DNA of 64,000 nucleotides. Source: Rhynchobatus australiae (lineage: Eukaryota). Under the pieces are notes generated by a model. That model did no database searches and was not told the origin of the DNA. It saw only the letters and a program-made list of their open reading frames with translations. The stretch lies in contig JAUZTB010000107.1 in NCBI GenBank assembly GCA_034780895.1, positions 59,850,262 through 59,914,261 of the forward strand, read 5' to 3'. Shown piece by piece: positions 1 to 13,389 of the stretch. A program made the translations under genes and the position numbers. The number at the start of each line of letters is the position of its first letter. Within the stretch, counting starts at the first letter, position 1.

Positions 1-124
1 ATGGGACTGATGTGATTACCCTGAGAGCTGGAAAAGACTCAGTGAACCATTTGGCTTCCTTTCATATGGTAAGAAAATATAAGAAATGAGAATGCATGAT
101 AGATCAAAAGAGGTCATGTTTGCT

Positions 125-1985
125 AAAAATAAACTTTATTCATAATAAAAAATATTTACAAAGGAAGAAACAGTGCAAAAACAAAACCTTAACATTCATG
201 GTTATTATGTTCAGTAGTGTAAACTTTAAAGAAGAAAAACACAAATAGACATAGCACCATTGACACTCACGTGGCTCCCTGAAGTGATACCACATTCATT
301 GTTGAGGGGCTTCCCTACTCAACTCTGCCCCTCCATGTGTGGTAGCAGAAGGAGCCTATAGTGTGGTCCTTCTCCACAGAGCCTTTGCGTTGGCTGCAAT
401 GAGCTTCAGTGCGTCCCTCAGCACATACTCCTGCAGCCTGAACTGTGCCAGTCTGCAACATCCTCTTATGGACACTCGCTGTGCTGGAAGATTAACAGGT
501 TTTGGGCAAACCAAAGGGTGTCTTTCACTGAATTGATGACCTTACAGCAGCACTTGATGTCNNNNNNNNNNAGATCAGAGAGTCCTCTGTTATGCAGCTG
601 CTGGGGATGAACTGGGACACAGACCCTTGCATCTGTCTCCACACCCTCTTAGCAAATCCACACTCTGCAGAGGTGGGTGACCATTTCTTCCCCACTGCAG
701 CCATCCCAAGGGCACATACATGGGGGGTGATATATTGTCTGTAGAGGAGAGCTCTGAGTGGGAGGGCACCTCTCATCACCAGCCACGCGAGGTCTTAGTG
801 CTTGTTGGTCAGATCTGGTGATGAGGCATTCTGCCATATGGTTTGGACCATTTTCTCAGGGAACAAACCAACAGAATCCATAGTGTCTCCGTCCTGCAGT
901 ATCTGCAGTACATTCCTTGCTGACCACTGCCTGATGGACATGGACAAAGGTGTTGCCTGGGAAGAACTCTTCCACAAAGGACAGGTAGTGAGGCAATGTC
1001 AAGCTGACTGGGCATTGTGCAGTAACAGGGCCAGACCTATCTTTTGCAACACCAGGGACAGGCAGAACCTCAGCACGTAGTGACACTTGGTGCCCACGTA
1101 CTTTGAGTCCACACACTGCAGCCGCACACAAAGATGATCAGCAGGATGAGGGCAAAGTTGGGTACACTTTTGCCCCCATTTGCAGGGAACTTTTGCGTTG
1201 TGACCCATCAGACTCGCTCCATCTTGGACCCCCAGATAAACTGGAAGATATCCCCAGTGATTACCGAGGCAGAGGAGAGAGGAACAGGTCACATCTGCAC
1301 CAAGTACAGCAGCCCTGAGAGCATATCACATCTGGTGACCAAGTTCTTCCCAGTTATTGACAGAGAACATCATTTCCATAGACCCAACTATTGTTTTACC
1401 TTCCCAATCCACTCTAGCCAATTCTTGTTACGTGCCTCAGCCCCTCTGAACCAGATCTTCAGCACCTTCAGGTAGTCAGGCCTGATGGTGAAGGAGACAT
1501 TGGATCATTCAGGCCATTTACTGAAGAGCAAGCCCTTGCTCTTCCTGCAGTTGACTCTGACCCTGGATGCCATCTCGACTGGTTGCAGATTCGCAGATCT
1601 GTGAACTAACTGAGGACCCAAGTAGAAGATGGTGACATTGTCCATGTACAGGAAAGTTTTGACTTGTGTGCCTCCACCGCTTGGCAGTGTCACCCATCTT
1701 ATGCTCATCTTCCTAATAGATTCGGCAAAGGGTTCTATGCAACACACAAACAAGACAGGGGAGAGTTGACAACCCTGCCTGACTCAACATGATGGGGAAA
1801 CTACCTGACTCCCACCCATAGATTTGAACTGCACTACAGATATCTGTGTAGAGCAGCTGGATCCAATGTCTGATTCCCTCCCCAAAACCCATTTTGGAGA
1901 GCACGTCCATGATGTACACGTGTGATATCCTGTCGAAGGCTTTCTCCTGGTCCAAGCTGACCAGGCAGGCATCCACCCCTCTGAT
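125..1985 (-). mobile_element. 5'-truncated, decayed Tx1-clade non-LTR retrotransposon (RT, C-terminal Zn-finger region, 3' end)
   Basis: Minus-strand frames give LVSLDQEKAFDRISH..LSKMGFGEGI, LYMDNVT (YxDD-like), TVQTIWQNASSPDL-type and HLCRVWIC/ECGFAKRVW fragments with frameshifts; 3' end aataaagtttattttt. Confidence 0.85.
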
Positions 1986-2776
1986 GAGTGCNNNNNNNNN
2001 NNNNNNNNNNNNNNNNNNNNNNNNNNNNNNNNNNNNNNNNNNNNNNNNNNNNNNNNNNNNNNNNNNNNNNNNNNNNNNNNNNNNNNNNNNNCCACCCCTC
2101 TGATGAGTGCCTGTTACTCAGTTCTACGTGTAGCTTCTCAGATAGTGAAGCAGTTGTACACTGCATTCAGCCAGACTGTTTCACAATAAGGTTTGGTCTG
2201 ATTATCATAAGCAGTACACCCAGTGCCAGGTAATGAGCTATCTGTAACAAGACTCAAACACCTCCACCTGCCATGCAATAGCATTGCCATTACCATCTCC
2301 CCCACCATCAGCATCCTGAAGGTCAACCATGGCTGGAGCAGGTCAGAGGCTGTGTATTCTGCAGTGAGTGACTCACCTCCTGATCCCAGTTTGAGTGAGT
2401 ACATTTTACCTGCCAAGATGAGTGCAACCCAACAACACTCATCAAACTTTACACCTCCCACTCAATTGACACCCCATCCACACCCATCCAGCTGTAGTGT
2501 GTACTATAAAATGTACTGCAGCAGCTCATCAAAACGCCTTTGAATGCACGTTCCAAAGCTGCAACCTGGATTGCTTAGAAGAACAAGGGAGCAACAATGG
2601 CATGGGAACACCACGTTCGGCGTTTAATCTGCCCATTCCACCAGCCTCTCCATGCCTCCTTGAGCTCTATTACTGTCCTCACAGTTTACCAAGTCTTATG
2701 TCCCCTGAAAATGTGAAAATTGTACCCTGTACACCCAAATCTAAGTCAATACTATATAGAGAGAAAACCAGAAACC

Positions 2777-3139
2777 GGCGCAGTGGTGCAGCTTGTAGCA
2801 ATGCTGCCATTCTGCTCCAGCGACCCAGGTTCAATCGTGACCTCCGGTGCTGTCTGTGGAGAGTTTGCATTTTCTCCCTGTGGCCTCGTGGGTTTCCTCT
2901 GGGTGCTCCGGGTTCCTCCCACATGCCAAAGATATGTGGATTGGTAGGTTAATTAGACACTGTAAAAAATTGCCCCTGGAGTTCAGAGGAATGGTAGAAT
3001 CTGTGGAAAGTTGATGGGAATATGGGGAAGATAAAATGGGCTAGCATTGGATTAGTGGATAAAATGGGTTCTGGATGGTTGGCATGGACTCATTGGGCTG
3101 AAGGGCTTGTTTCCATTACCTAACTCTCTATGACTCTAT
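2777..3139 (+). mobile_element. tRNA-derived V/HE1-type SINE with CR1-like tail
   Basis: A/B-box head, core tgtctgtggagagtttgc..ttctccc..gggtttcctctgggtgctccgggttcctcccaca, tail ctctatgactctatg. Confidence 0.85.
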
Positions 3140-3909
3140 GCAACCCCTGGGGAACTCCACTGTATCCTTTCATTCATTCTGATAAACAACCTTTCATTAC
3201 CATTTTCTCCCATTACTTGGTTAATTTTCTATCCTTGTTGCCACTATCCCTTTAATTCTGTAGTCTTTATTATTAATGACAAACGTATTACATGGCACCT
3301 TGGACATCCATCTGTAACACATCAAGTATAGTTCCTTCAACAACATTTTCTGTTACTTCATCAAAAAGCTCTGTTGGGTTAGTTAGATCCAATTTTGCTT
3401 TGACAAATCTATGTGGATCTCGTCAATCTACACTTGCTTGAGTGACTTATTTCTGTCCCTGATTATTTTTCTGGAATTTTCCCCATCACCAAAGTTAAAT
3501 GTCCTGGTGTATATTGACCTAGTTTAGCCCCACAACTGTTTGAACAAGGATGCAACATTTGTAATTTTCCAGTCCAACAGCTTCTACTTTCTTGGTGAAG
3601 ACAGATGTGATGTACTCACTTAGTATATAAGCCAGCTCCTCTATTGCTGAGTAAATTTCCTTTCAGGTCTCTGATCACCCCCACTGTATAATTACCCCCT
3701 TGTTTACAACATTGTGATGGAAATTCAGGTGAACAATTTCTGTCCCATCCTCTGTAACATGAAATGAGAACAAAAGCAAGTTTCCCTCATTCCCCCAATT
3801 CACACCCTCCCCCCACCCTGTCCCAACAGATGGAATTAGCGCCTGGAGTATTCTACAGTTTGTTCCCAAGGTCACCCAATCTCTCTCCTTCTTCTTCTAC
3901 TCCCCAGCC

Positions 3910-4155
3910 CATCGGGTGCTCCTGGTGCAGCCTCCTTACATAGGTTAGACCTGATGCAGATTGGTGGACTGCTTCATTGAGCACCTTCACTCCATCCACC
4001 ATAACAGCCAGGATTTCCCAGTGGCCAGCCATTTTCATTGCACTTCCCATTACCACATTGTCATGTCTGTCCATGGTCTCCTTTGCAGCCAAGTTGAGGC
4101 TAGATGCAGATTAGAGGAACATCACCTCATATTCCATCTTGGTCTCCAACCTGAC
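3910..4155 (+). mobile_element. Penelope-like element fragment (GIY-YIG endonuclease C-terminus)
   Basis: CS..LL.YIG..CRLVDCFIEHLHS...FPVASHF...RLEEHHLIFHLGLQP; Penelope-type terminal ctgcagtctctcttgtgtct after the gap at ~4670. Confidence 0.8.
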
Positions 4156-5914
4156 NNNNNNNNNNNNNNNNNNNNNNNNNNNNNNNNNNNNNNNNNNNNN
4201 NNNNNNNNNNNNNNNNNNNNNNNNNNNNNNNNNNNNNNNNNNNNNNNNNNNNNNNNNNNNNNNNNNNNNNNNNNNNNNNNNNNNNNNNNNNNNNNNNNNN
4301 NNNNNNNNNNNNNNNNNNNNNNNNNNNNNNNNNNNNNNNNNNNNNNNNNNNNNNNNNNNNNNNNNNNNNNNNNNNNNNNNNNNNNNNNNNNNNNNNNNNN
4401 NNNNNNNNNNNNNNNNNNNNNNNNNNNNNNNNNNNNNNNNNNNNNNNNNNNNNNNNNNNNNNNNNNNNNNNNNNNNNNNNNNNNNNNNNNNNNNNNNNNN
4501 NNNNNNNNNNNNNNNNNNNNNNNNNNNNNNNNNNNNNNNNNNNNNNNNNNNNNNNNNNNNNNNNNNNNNNNNNNNNNNNNNNNNNNNNNNNNNNNNNNNN
4601 NNNNNNNNNNNNNNNNNNNNNNNNNNNNNNNNNNNNNNNNNNNNNNNNNNNNNNNNNNNNNNNNNNNNCACCTGCAGTCTCTCTTGTGTCTTCATTAAAT
4701 GGGGGGATTTCGTTGAGGAGGCTCCTTGCATCTTGGAATGAATTAGGTTGAAAGCGGTAATAAATGTGACATAGTGGAGTGTGCACTTACCACTAATGAG
4801 CACTTAATAGCTGTAGAGATCATTTCCATCACAATATGGTTAGCACAGGGCCAATTATTTCTTGTGTCTTGAAGGAGTAGTTAGCACCGTAGAATCAAAC
4901 CAGGGAGCGTTTGTATGATGAAATCTGAGATGGACAGGCCATAAAGCATGGTTTAGCACAATGGAGCAGAATAAGTGTAGTAAACAAGTGAAGAAACAAA
5001 ATGGACATTAAACAAATGATGATTAACACTCCCCAATTAGGAGGTCGGGGGGAAATACCAATACAGCCCCTCCCTGGTTAATGAGCCCTTTCAAAGTATT
5101 TCCAGTAATAGAGCATAAGAAATTCCTCCCTCATTAATAACTGCTCTTTTTGGCTGTTGTCAGTCCAAGATTAGGACTACAATCCTGATTCTTTTAGGGT
5201 ACCCAGCCTGATTTCAGCAGAGACACTTCAGTTTCAGCAGAGATACTAGTGACAGACAGGCAGTCTGGTGTTAAGTCAGACAGCAGCGTTTCAGATCAGG
5301 CAGGCAGATGATCAAAATTAAAGGCAGATATTTCAGTCTTGTAATCAGCAGGTGTATTTTAGGGTTGATAGATATGAAACATCTCAACTACTCTTCAAGC
5401 AGCTAGAAAAATGGTGAGTTCACATGGGCATGGTGTCTTGAAAAAGGCACTGAATCAAGTTATTTCAGTTATGTCCAGTATTGGCTATAATTAAAGATGG
5501 TGAATCTCTGGAGAAGGATCAGACGAGTGATCAGGGTGATGGCTTAATCTTACTGCTCCAAGAATTCAGCATGTTTCCATGAGGGTTGTGAAGGCTTGTG
5601 TGGTTGGGGTGCTGATGGGAACTTGATTGAGGTTTTTCAGTTGATGAAATGATTGGATTAAAAAACTGTTAGAATGTATACAGTGCATAATACAGAAGAT
5701 GGTGTTTGGTTTGTGGTATAATGAAAGGTATGGATTTTATTCAAGAATGTTACAGTGGGATACTTTAGAGTGTTAAAGAGAAGAGTGTAGAACATAACAG
5801 AGTATCAAAACTTTCTATTATGCCCAGAAGTCCTCACTTTGTCATCAGATGTCTTGCTTGCAGAGGAAAGATTAAGGGAGATTATCCAGGAGTTACTGAT
5901 TTGGGCAGCTGGTG

Positions 5915-5993
5915 ACCTGAGGCAGAGGTGGGGAGGGGCAATGTTAGAGTATCTAACTGTCTAACATTGCCCATCCACACCTCTGCCTCAGGT
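5915..5993. repeat. Inverted repeat, 34-bp arms (2 mismatches), 11-nt loop
   Basis: acctgaggcagaggtggggaggggcaatgttaga ... tctaacattgcccatccacacctctgcctcaggt. Confidence 0.92.
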
Positions 5994-6009
5994 GACTCTC
6001 TCTGAGGTC

Positions 6010-6195
6010 AGTATTATAGAGGTGGAGAAGGTTGTGTTACAGAGGTGGAGAGAGGACAGTGTTATGGTGGTGAGAGGGAGGGAATGGTGTTACAGGGATG
6101 GAGAGGATGGTGGTACAGATGTGGAGAGATGGTGATGTTACAGATGTGCAGTGATGACAGTTTAAGAGGTGGGGAGGGAATGATGTAATGGAGAT
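6010..6195. repeat. Degenerate purine-rich tandem repeat, ~24-25 bp unit (gtgttacagaggtggagag...)
   Basis: Recurrent tgttacagaggtggaga variants. Confidence 0.7.
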
Positions 6196-7713
6196 GCTCC
6201 TAATAATGGCTCAGGGATGAGATCTGAAGCTCATCTCAGGGTTAAGTAATAAACCAAAGTTGTGATGAGTATGGATCAGCCACAGGGAGTTTGATCCAGA
6301 GGCTGACTGATCTAGCAGGAAGTGGATTGATTGAAATTAGAAGTATGTAATGGATTGGAAGGAAAGAAGCGGAGTCATAAAACAAGGTGGAGTGTGCTTC
6401 AGCTGCAGAAGAAATAGCAAATGGTTGAAGATCAGTTGGCACCTCTTCATAAGGATCATTTTACATACAGTTCTTCTCTCTTTTCACTCATGAGAGATAT
6501 CTCCCCAAGGAAGAGGGATTGAGTGGCACCAGCCTGTCTATACATCTCCCAAAAGGGTCTGAGATACACAAGACAGTGCACAGATAATTTCCTGAGGGAG
6601 AGGGGCCAAGAGTCAGCTTTCAGTTTACAGCTATCTAAGAGATATTACTGTTCATAAGTAGACAAATACTATAGCTCAAGAATGCCATTTCCTGAATATG
6701 GAAAGACATACATCATGTGTTAATGTCAAAGTAAAGTTCTTGTTGTTGAGAGACATTTCCCTGAGGGGTGGGTTGCCGACACACACCAGTCTGTGTGCAG
6801 GTTTCTAAGAGACAAATGCTATCCAGAATTAGTCTGATGTTATAACACCAGAGCCTCAGTATCTCACAATGGAAAGGCACATCAGAATTGGTTGTTGCTA
6901 GAAAAGGAAATGAAAGGTGACACCAGTCGATCCATGGAGAGAAGAGTTTGGGCCATTTCTTGGTTGCCATGATTCCTTGGCCTCTTTGTGTGTTGTTATT
7001 CTGGTCAGAAAGAAAATGCCTGAAACCTTTTTGCGTCTTTTCTGTTTCTTTTTCTCATGGTCCAAGTGCCTGATTTTCTTTCATCCAGATAGGCCTGCAG
7101 CCAGGTCCACCACTGTAAATTATGGGCCAACTGATGGAATGGGCATGGCTGCCACCTAACATTTTGTGTGCAGCATCAAAACAAACAGACTGCTGGCCTA
7201 TCAGTTTCACAACAGGGAGCTCTGGAAAGCATTGGAGGCTGATGGAGACAAGAGATTTGGGGAGAGGGATGGAGACAGGAAGAAAGGCCATTGAGAGGAA
7301 GAATAGGAGAGGGGAGAGATGCAAGGATTATGGAAAAATTTAAAGAAACAGAAGGATTGTGATAGGGAAATAGTAATGAAGGTGTAATGGAGAAAGAGAC
7401 TGAAAGGAACTCAAGGGGAAGGGAAGGGAGTGAGGGAGACCAATGGTATGATTGGGAAAAAATATCTGAAAGTTCCTCTTAGTTTTTTCAGTCTTTCAGA
7501 ACAGTCCAGCCAAATATTTCCTTCAACTCATCTTACCTCTGAGATTCAGACAGAATTATTGAGCCTTGGGCATTCCGATTTCTCCACAGCCCCCACAGAA
7601 ACTCCCTGATCAATTAAAATATGTTTAGTAAACTGCAAAAACAGGTCTTGTGGAGCGTTTACCTGCAATTTTAATGACAAAGTACATTAGACCAAAAAAA
7701 ACTACACTTAAAT

Positions 7714-7953
7714 GGCGTAGTGGTTAGCACAATGCTATTACAGCACCAGCAACCCAGGTTCGATTCCCGCTGCTACCAGTAAGGAGTTTGTACATTCTTC
7801 TGTGTCTGCATGGGTTTTCTCCGGGTGCTCTGGTTTCTTCCCACATTCCAAAGACATACCAGTAGGTTAATTTGGGTCTTAAAATGGGCGGCGTGGACTC
7901 GTTGGGCCAGAAGGGCCTGTTACCACACTGTAAATAAATAAAAAAATAAAAAA
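7714..7953 (+). mobile_element. V/HE1-type SINE (short subfamily, A-rich tail)
   Basis: ggcgtagtggttagc..ggttcgattcc head, V core, gggccagaagggcctgtt..taaataaataaa. Confidence 0.85.
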
Positions 7954-9224
7954 TAGATATGATTCAGTGTTTGGACCTAGTCTTTTCTGAATTACCAGAT
8001 CTATACTCAGCTGAGAGTCCACTGGAATTGGCACCAGGTGTTAATCCACCATCTGGATTCATGCTAGTCTGTGTCACTCTGATTCCTCCCTGCTGCTGCC
8101 CCATTCCTTCCACCCCCATTTTCAACTGCACCTTCCCTGCAGTTGAAAGCTCTTCTTGAAACCCCATGACACATGACACATGGAACCCTGCAATCTCATG
8201 GCACTTCCATCCTTTGGAATGTTCCTGAAACTGAGAACACTTTACTATTGGAGGGACCTCTGCAACAGCCTGAAATCACATTCTTCTCACCTTTCAATAA
8301 TGCATATGAAGGCCAAAATCTGGATTCAGTCAAAAGGAGTAGTGGCACCTGGTGTTTGAAATTCTAGGTCAATAAGATTTTAGCCACTAAAGCAGATGTC
8401 AGCATAAAGCACTCTTAACTTTGAGTCAGCAAATTACGCATTGAAGTCTTAGTCCAGATTAACTGTTTGAGGTGTCATATTTTGACTGATACATTAACTA
8501 AGACTGATTCCCTCAAAGGGTCTTGGATTTATCCTTCAATCCCAGAAAACATTTCCTTCTCATTTTGTGCTGTTATTGGGACCTCAGAGTNNNNNNNNNN
8601 NNNNNNNNNNNNNNNNNNNNNNNNNNNNNNNNNNNNNNNNNNNNNNNNNNNNNNNNNNNNNNNNNNNNNNNNNNNNNNNNNNNNNNNNNNAGTTGATATT
8701 ATAGTGGTTATTAACTGCATTCCAATAATGATAACAATTGTAAATCGCTTTATGAATCCTTGTGAAAATGCCATATAAATGCAACTTAATTACTTTTGTC
8801 TTTTGCGGTTTCTCTGTTTAAAATTGTAGAATTTTGTTCATGGCATTTCATATTAGCTTTTGGATTCTTTCAAGCTAGTCTGGTAAGCACAGACTTACAT
8901 TCACAGACACTCAGGACTTACTGAAATCTAAACATGAGCTTCAGATGGTTATGGAATAAAATATACCCAGGTTGAGTGACAGATTGGAATCTGCTCAAGG
9001 GGATCATATACTTCATGAAAAAGAAATTGTAATCAAGTGTTCAAAAGGCTTATCTCTAGATGAACAGATACCCCGGAGGGAGTTACAGACTAGATGCTAA
9101 CCAAGGTGTTTGGATAGATTATATATAAAATGACAGACATTTAAAGTGAGGATTTATTTGATTCAGTGAGCAGTTTACATGACACATAGAAGAACAGTTG
9201 GATTTTTCAGGTCTGTCCCCTAGA

Positions 9225-9575
9225 AAAGATTTACTGGGATGTTGCCTGGACTTGGGGACCTGAGTTACAAGGAGAGGTTGCGCAGACTAAGACTTTATTC
9301 CCTGGAATGTATGAGATTGAGGGGTGACCTGGTAGAGGTGTGTAAGGTCATGAGGGGCATAGACAGGGCAAAAGCACATGGCCTTTTTCCCAAGGAGGGG
9401 GTGCTAAAAATAAGAGGGCACATTAGCAACACTTAAAAGCCATCTAGATAAGTACATTGATAGGAGAGGTTTAGAAGGCTATGGGCCAAACGCAGACAGA
9501 TGGGACTCGCTCGCTGGGCAACACATTCAGCATGGACGAGTTGGGCCGAAGGGCCTGTTTCCATGCTGTATGTCT
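9225..9575 (+). mobile_element. CR1 LINE 3' fragment
   Basis: MLPGLGDLSYKERLRRLRLYSLECMRLRGDLVEV; gggccgaagggcctgtttcc tail. Confidence 0.88.
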
Positions 9576-10259
9576 GAAAAAACTGCAGGTTAGCCACATG
9601 GTTAATAACTAGTCTAGTGCTTATATTGACTTGAAATGTTGACTTTGTTTCTTTATCTACAAATGCTGCCTAACGTGCTGAATATTTCTGGAATTTTCCA
9701 GCAACAAACAATTTGCTGAGAGAACTCAGTGGGTTGAGCAACATATGTTGGTGGGGAAGGAAATGTCAACGTTTCAGGTTCCAAACCCTGCATTAGGACT
9801 GGCATTTTTCTACTTCTGGAATTCTGTGGCATTTGGCGTTGTCTGGCATTTCCTATATTTGCTTAACAACCTGTTCCATTTAGTTTGTTCCTGTTGAGTT
9901 TCAGTGTTTTACAGGCAAGAGGTATTGCTGTGGTCCAGTTCAACTGTACTGTGGCCTGTAATCGTATTGTCACACAGCACTTAAGGATATGGAAAGATAG
10001 TTCTGTCTCATGGTTGGGATGTTTTAGTGGTTGTAGGTGGATGATGGAAAAGGAGTTAAAGAAAATAGGGGGATTGAGAAGGGTAAATAAGCACCTTCTG
10101 CAGGGAAGCTAAATGTCAGCTATAATTGGGTGGAATGAATAGCTTTGTGTACTCACAACAGTGATGACAGTGTTACAGTGTGTCAGGGTGACCGTACTTC
10201 CATATTATTTATTGACTGTAAGGTGCCTTGGAATGTGAAGTCTGTGGTTCAGTAGGTAG

Positions 10260-10655
10260 TTAAGTGAGAAAACTGTGGGTTCAAGTCCCACTCCAGAGAC
10301 TTGGGCATAAGAATCCAGGGTGGCCCTGCAGTGCAATACTGGAGGTAATGTTAAACCAGGGCCACTTACAGGTGGACATAAAAAACTTCACAATACTATT
10401 TTGAAGTTGAGCAACAGAGCTNNNNNNNNNNNNNNNNNNNNNNNNNNNNNNNNNNNNNNNNNNNNNNNNNNNNNNNNNNNNNNNNNNNNNNNNNNNNNNN
10501 NNNNNNNNNNNNNNNNNNNNNTTCTTCAATATCACCAAAATCTGGATAGTATCATATTACTGTTCTGGGAGCTTGTGGTGCACAAGTTTTCTGTGGTATT
10601 TCCTATCATAGAGAGAGTTCACTTGAAAATATGGCATTGGCTCTTTAGCACTTTG
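10260..10655 (+). mobile_element. Ancient Deu-domain-type SINE (AmnSINE1/SacSINE1-like)
   Basis: ggttcaagtcccactccagagacttg..atccagg..cagtgcaatactg head; gggagcttgtggtgcacaa..tttcctatcat..cacttgaaaa tail. Confidence 0.6.
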
Positions 10656-10734
10656 GATCGACGGAAGTTTATGAAGGGTATTATAATTCATGTAAGTCAA
10701 CATCTCCCTCCCAGACTGAACTTTCAGGCCCCAT

Positions 10735-11140
10735 TTACGCGCAATCATCTCCAATAGATAGACCACATTGTATGTGTACTCGACACTATTCTTCCAAAAC
10801 AGGCACTCTGTACCTAGCTCTGTTATGGTGAGAGATTACCAGAGGACAGAGAATGTCCGTGGAATACTTGAAAAATTTTCAACATCCCCACTGAATTCCT
10901 GGGGACCTCTGTCTCATGACCACTCATAGTGGAAAAGGAGTGACACTGAACCTTGATCACTTCATTGGAAACCCAGTGAAAATAGTGGAAGGGATGCACC
11001 ACCTCCCAAGACACATCCACTCATAACCTGCTGCTGAGCTGTGGCACAGATCCCACATTGGCCTCATCAGTCACCTCAGCCCAGAAACTGGAGTTGAAGC
11101 AAGTCAACCCTGACTCTGAGTTACCTCCTGAGAAGAAGAG
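10735..11140 (+). mobile_element. Decayed RTE-clade LINE 3' end
   Basis: LPKQAL..LCYG..LP..QR..LK.FNIP and terminal RSHIGLISHL motif. Confidence 0.65.
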
Positions 11141-11559
11141 ACACCAGGTTTGGCCACCAGAAGGTGCTTTTAATGAGGCAGTACTAGGGACAGACAGAGC
11201 ACGCACTGAATTATGTCTTGGCTTTCCTTGGTGATGTCTTGACTGAATGCTGTGTTGGCAGATGTAAACATGCCAGCACCTTCTGGGACTGATCTCGATG
11301 CCTTTTCCTCAACCAGAGGAGGAATCAGCCAGAATCCCCTAACCTGATGAATACTGACTGTAGAAGCAGCAGGTGGTGTTTCAGGCCACATTCCAGGGGC
11401 TGATGCATCACCTCAGAACTAATGAATTCTGCACAATGCAAAAGGCCCATGTTCTCTCTCAGCCTTCACTGAGAGTGAGGAAGGTGGTACTTAGATAGCA
11501 AATTATTCTTCCTTACTGAAAATGCCTCTGTGGTTATTGTACAAGTGTGCAGAACACAA

Positions 11560-11875
11560 GAACAAAAGAAAGTAGAAGTAGGAATAGGCCACTCAGCCCC
11601 TCAAGCCTACTCTGACATCCATGGTTGATCTGCCTCAGGGTTCATCTCCTCTTTTGTGCCAGTTCCCCATCATCCTCAATCCCCCAATCTTTCAAAAATT
11701 GATCTACCTCCTCTTACCACCTCCTTATCTTGAAGCTTTATCTCGTCATTTAAGAGAGCCCCACGATGAAAAGATCTTGACATCTAACCTGCCGTCCCCC
11801 TTTGGATCCAATAGGTGTCAGTATGAACACCCTTCATTCTTCTAAACTCCAAGGAATACAGCCCCAACCTATATT
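11560..11875 (-). mobile_element. CR1 LINE 3' fragment
   Basis: RLGLYSLEFRRMKG on minus strand; aggccactcagccc tail. Confidence 0.7.
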
Positions 11876-13236
11876 CAGGCAATGAATCACCCCATGGTTG
11901 AATAGTCCAGAGCCACTCACACTTTAGAAATGTATAAGGGATTGTGAGCAGTGAATGGTGAACATTATCAGAGGACATTGGTAGAGGAAACAATTAGACT
12001 CAAGCTGTGTCCTCCAGGGTAACAACAACGCATCAATGCTGCACTGGATCAGAATGGCTTTTCCTGCTACATTTTCTTTCTCAGCCTTCCCCACAACCCA
12101 CCCCTCCCAATTTGCTGGTTCCTGACTGTGTGCCAGTTCCGCAGACTACTGCCAAATCTCCAGTATCTCACACTAGTGCCCATGGGACTTTCTGAATGCA
12201 ATTACCTAGTCTCACTTCCCTGCAGAAATGGAAAATTCCACAGCCACCTGTCTTGGTCTTTGTCAAGCAGATCAACCTGATATCACGGCACAATTTGAAC
12301 TCCATGCTTTAATCTGCTCATTTTCCTGCTGCTCTTTGGCATTTGTTAGGCAGTCATGCATGTGAGCTTGAGCTGGTTTCACATGCCCAGGTGTCAAGAG
12401 TATATTTTATACCATTTCCCAGAGAAGTCTACTGGAAAAGCAATTTTTAGGTTACTCTCAATAGTTACCATTTTCTTGCCTTTGAAATGCAGCCAGAAAA
12501 ATCAGCATCAAGCAATACTTTAACTGCCAAATAAATATATTCAAAGTAAATGAACAGAAGCCATAATATTGTGCATACATAATTGTAGTGGTAGCTAATT
12601 CTAAGGTGCAATGGAAAAATGCTATTTTTAAGAAGGGCAATTTCTAAACCAAGCTAAATTTTTAATGATTGTTTGTTCATTTGCATTCATTCTACCTAGG
12701 GATTTGGCTAACCTGACACTGGCAGGTTTGAACCGATTTAGATTCTCAATGAATATTACAGAAAGTCCTTTTTAAAAGTCCCATGTCACCTTATTGATTT
12801 GAAAANNNNNNNNNNNNNNNNNNNNNNNNNNNNNNNNNNNNNNNNNNNNNNNNNNNNNNNNNNNNNNNNNNNNNNNNNNNNNNNNNNNNNNNNNNNNNNN
12901 NNNNNNNNNNNNNNNNNNNNNNNNNNNNNNNTTGCTGCAACAATGCATCAGTCTAAGTTGTGGCATGTTTTCTGTGAGTGAAACTGTTTTTTAATTACTT
13001 ACATATTGAGACAGGTTTCAAGAGGTCAATATTAAAGAAAATAGTGAAGAAAAATACTTAATGTACAATCACAGCAATTCCAGTCTCCTTCTGTCTTCTG
13101 TTTCATTCGTGGCAGAGAAATGTCTTCATGCAATCATGTAAAATGGTTCCATTTTACATTGCTCACGAGTTTTATTTCCATTAAATTCAAGATCCTCCCC
13201 AGTGTTTTTAAAATGCATCAGCTTTTTCTCCATGCA

Positions 13237-13250
13237 GTTTCCATGGTAAC
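13237..13250. promoter_or_regulatory. RFX X-box motif GTTTCCATGGTAAC
   Basis: Exact fit to GTTNCCATGGNAAC in non-repeat-looking sequence; function untested. Confidence 0.5.
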
Positions 13251-13389
13251 CATTAGATTTTGCTTGCAGTGGCTGTGATTTTCATAAATCCATGACTGCA
13301 TTCGGAACCAAGGCTGTCATCATCCTCCAGATATACGTCAGTCAGTGACCTTGCTCTGCCAAGGTTAACTTAATGTCCTGGGATTAAGT

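Noticed and set aside
3961-4803. 200+ aa ORFs here and at 59394-60087
   Set aside because: Length is an artefact of translating N runs.
7714-7790. tRNA-like heads here and at other SINEs
   Set aside because: They continue into V-core and LINE tails and lack an intact cloverleaf; SINEs, not tRNA genes.
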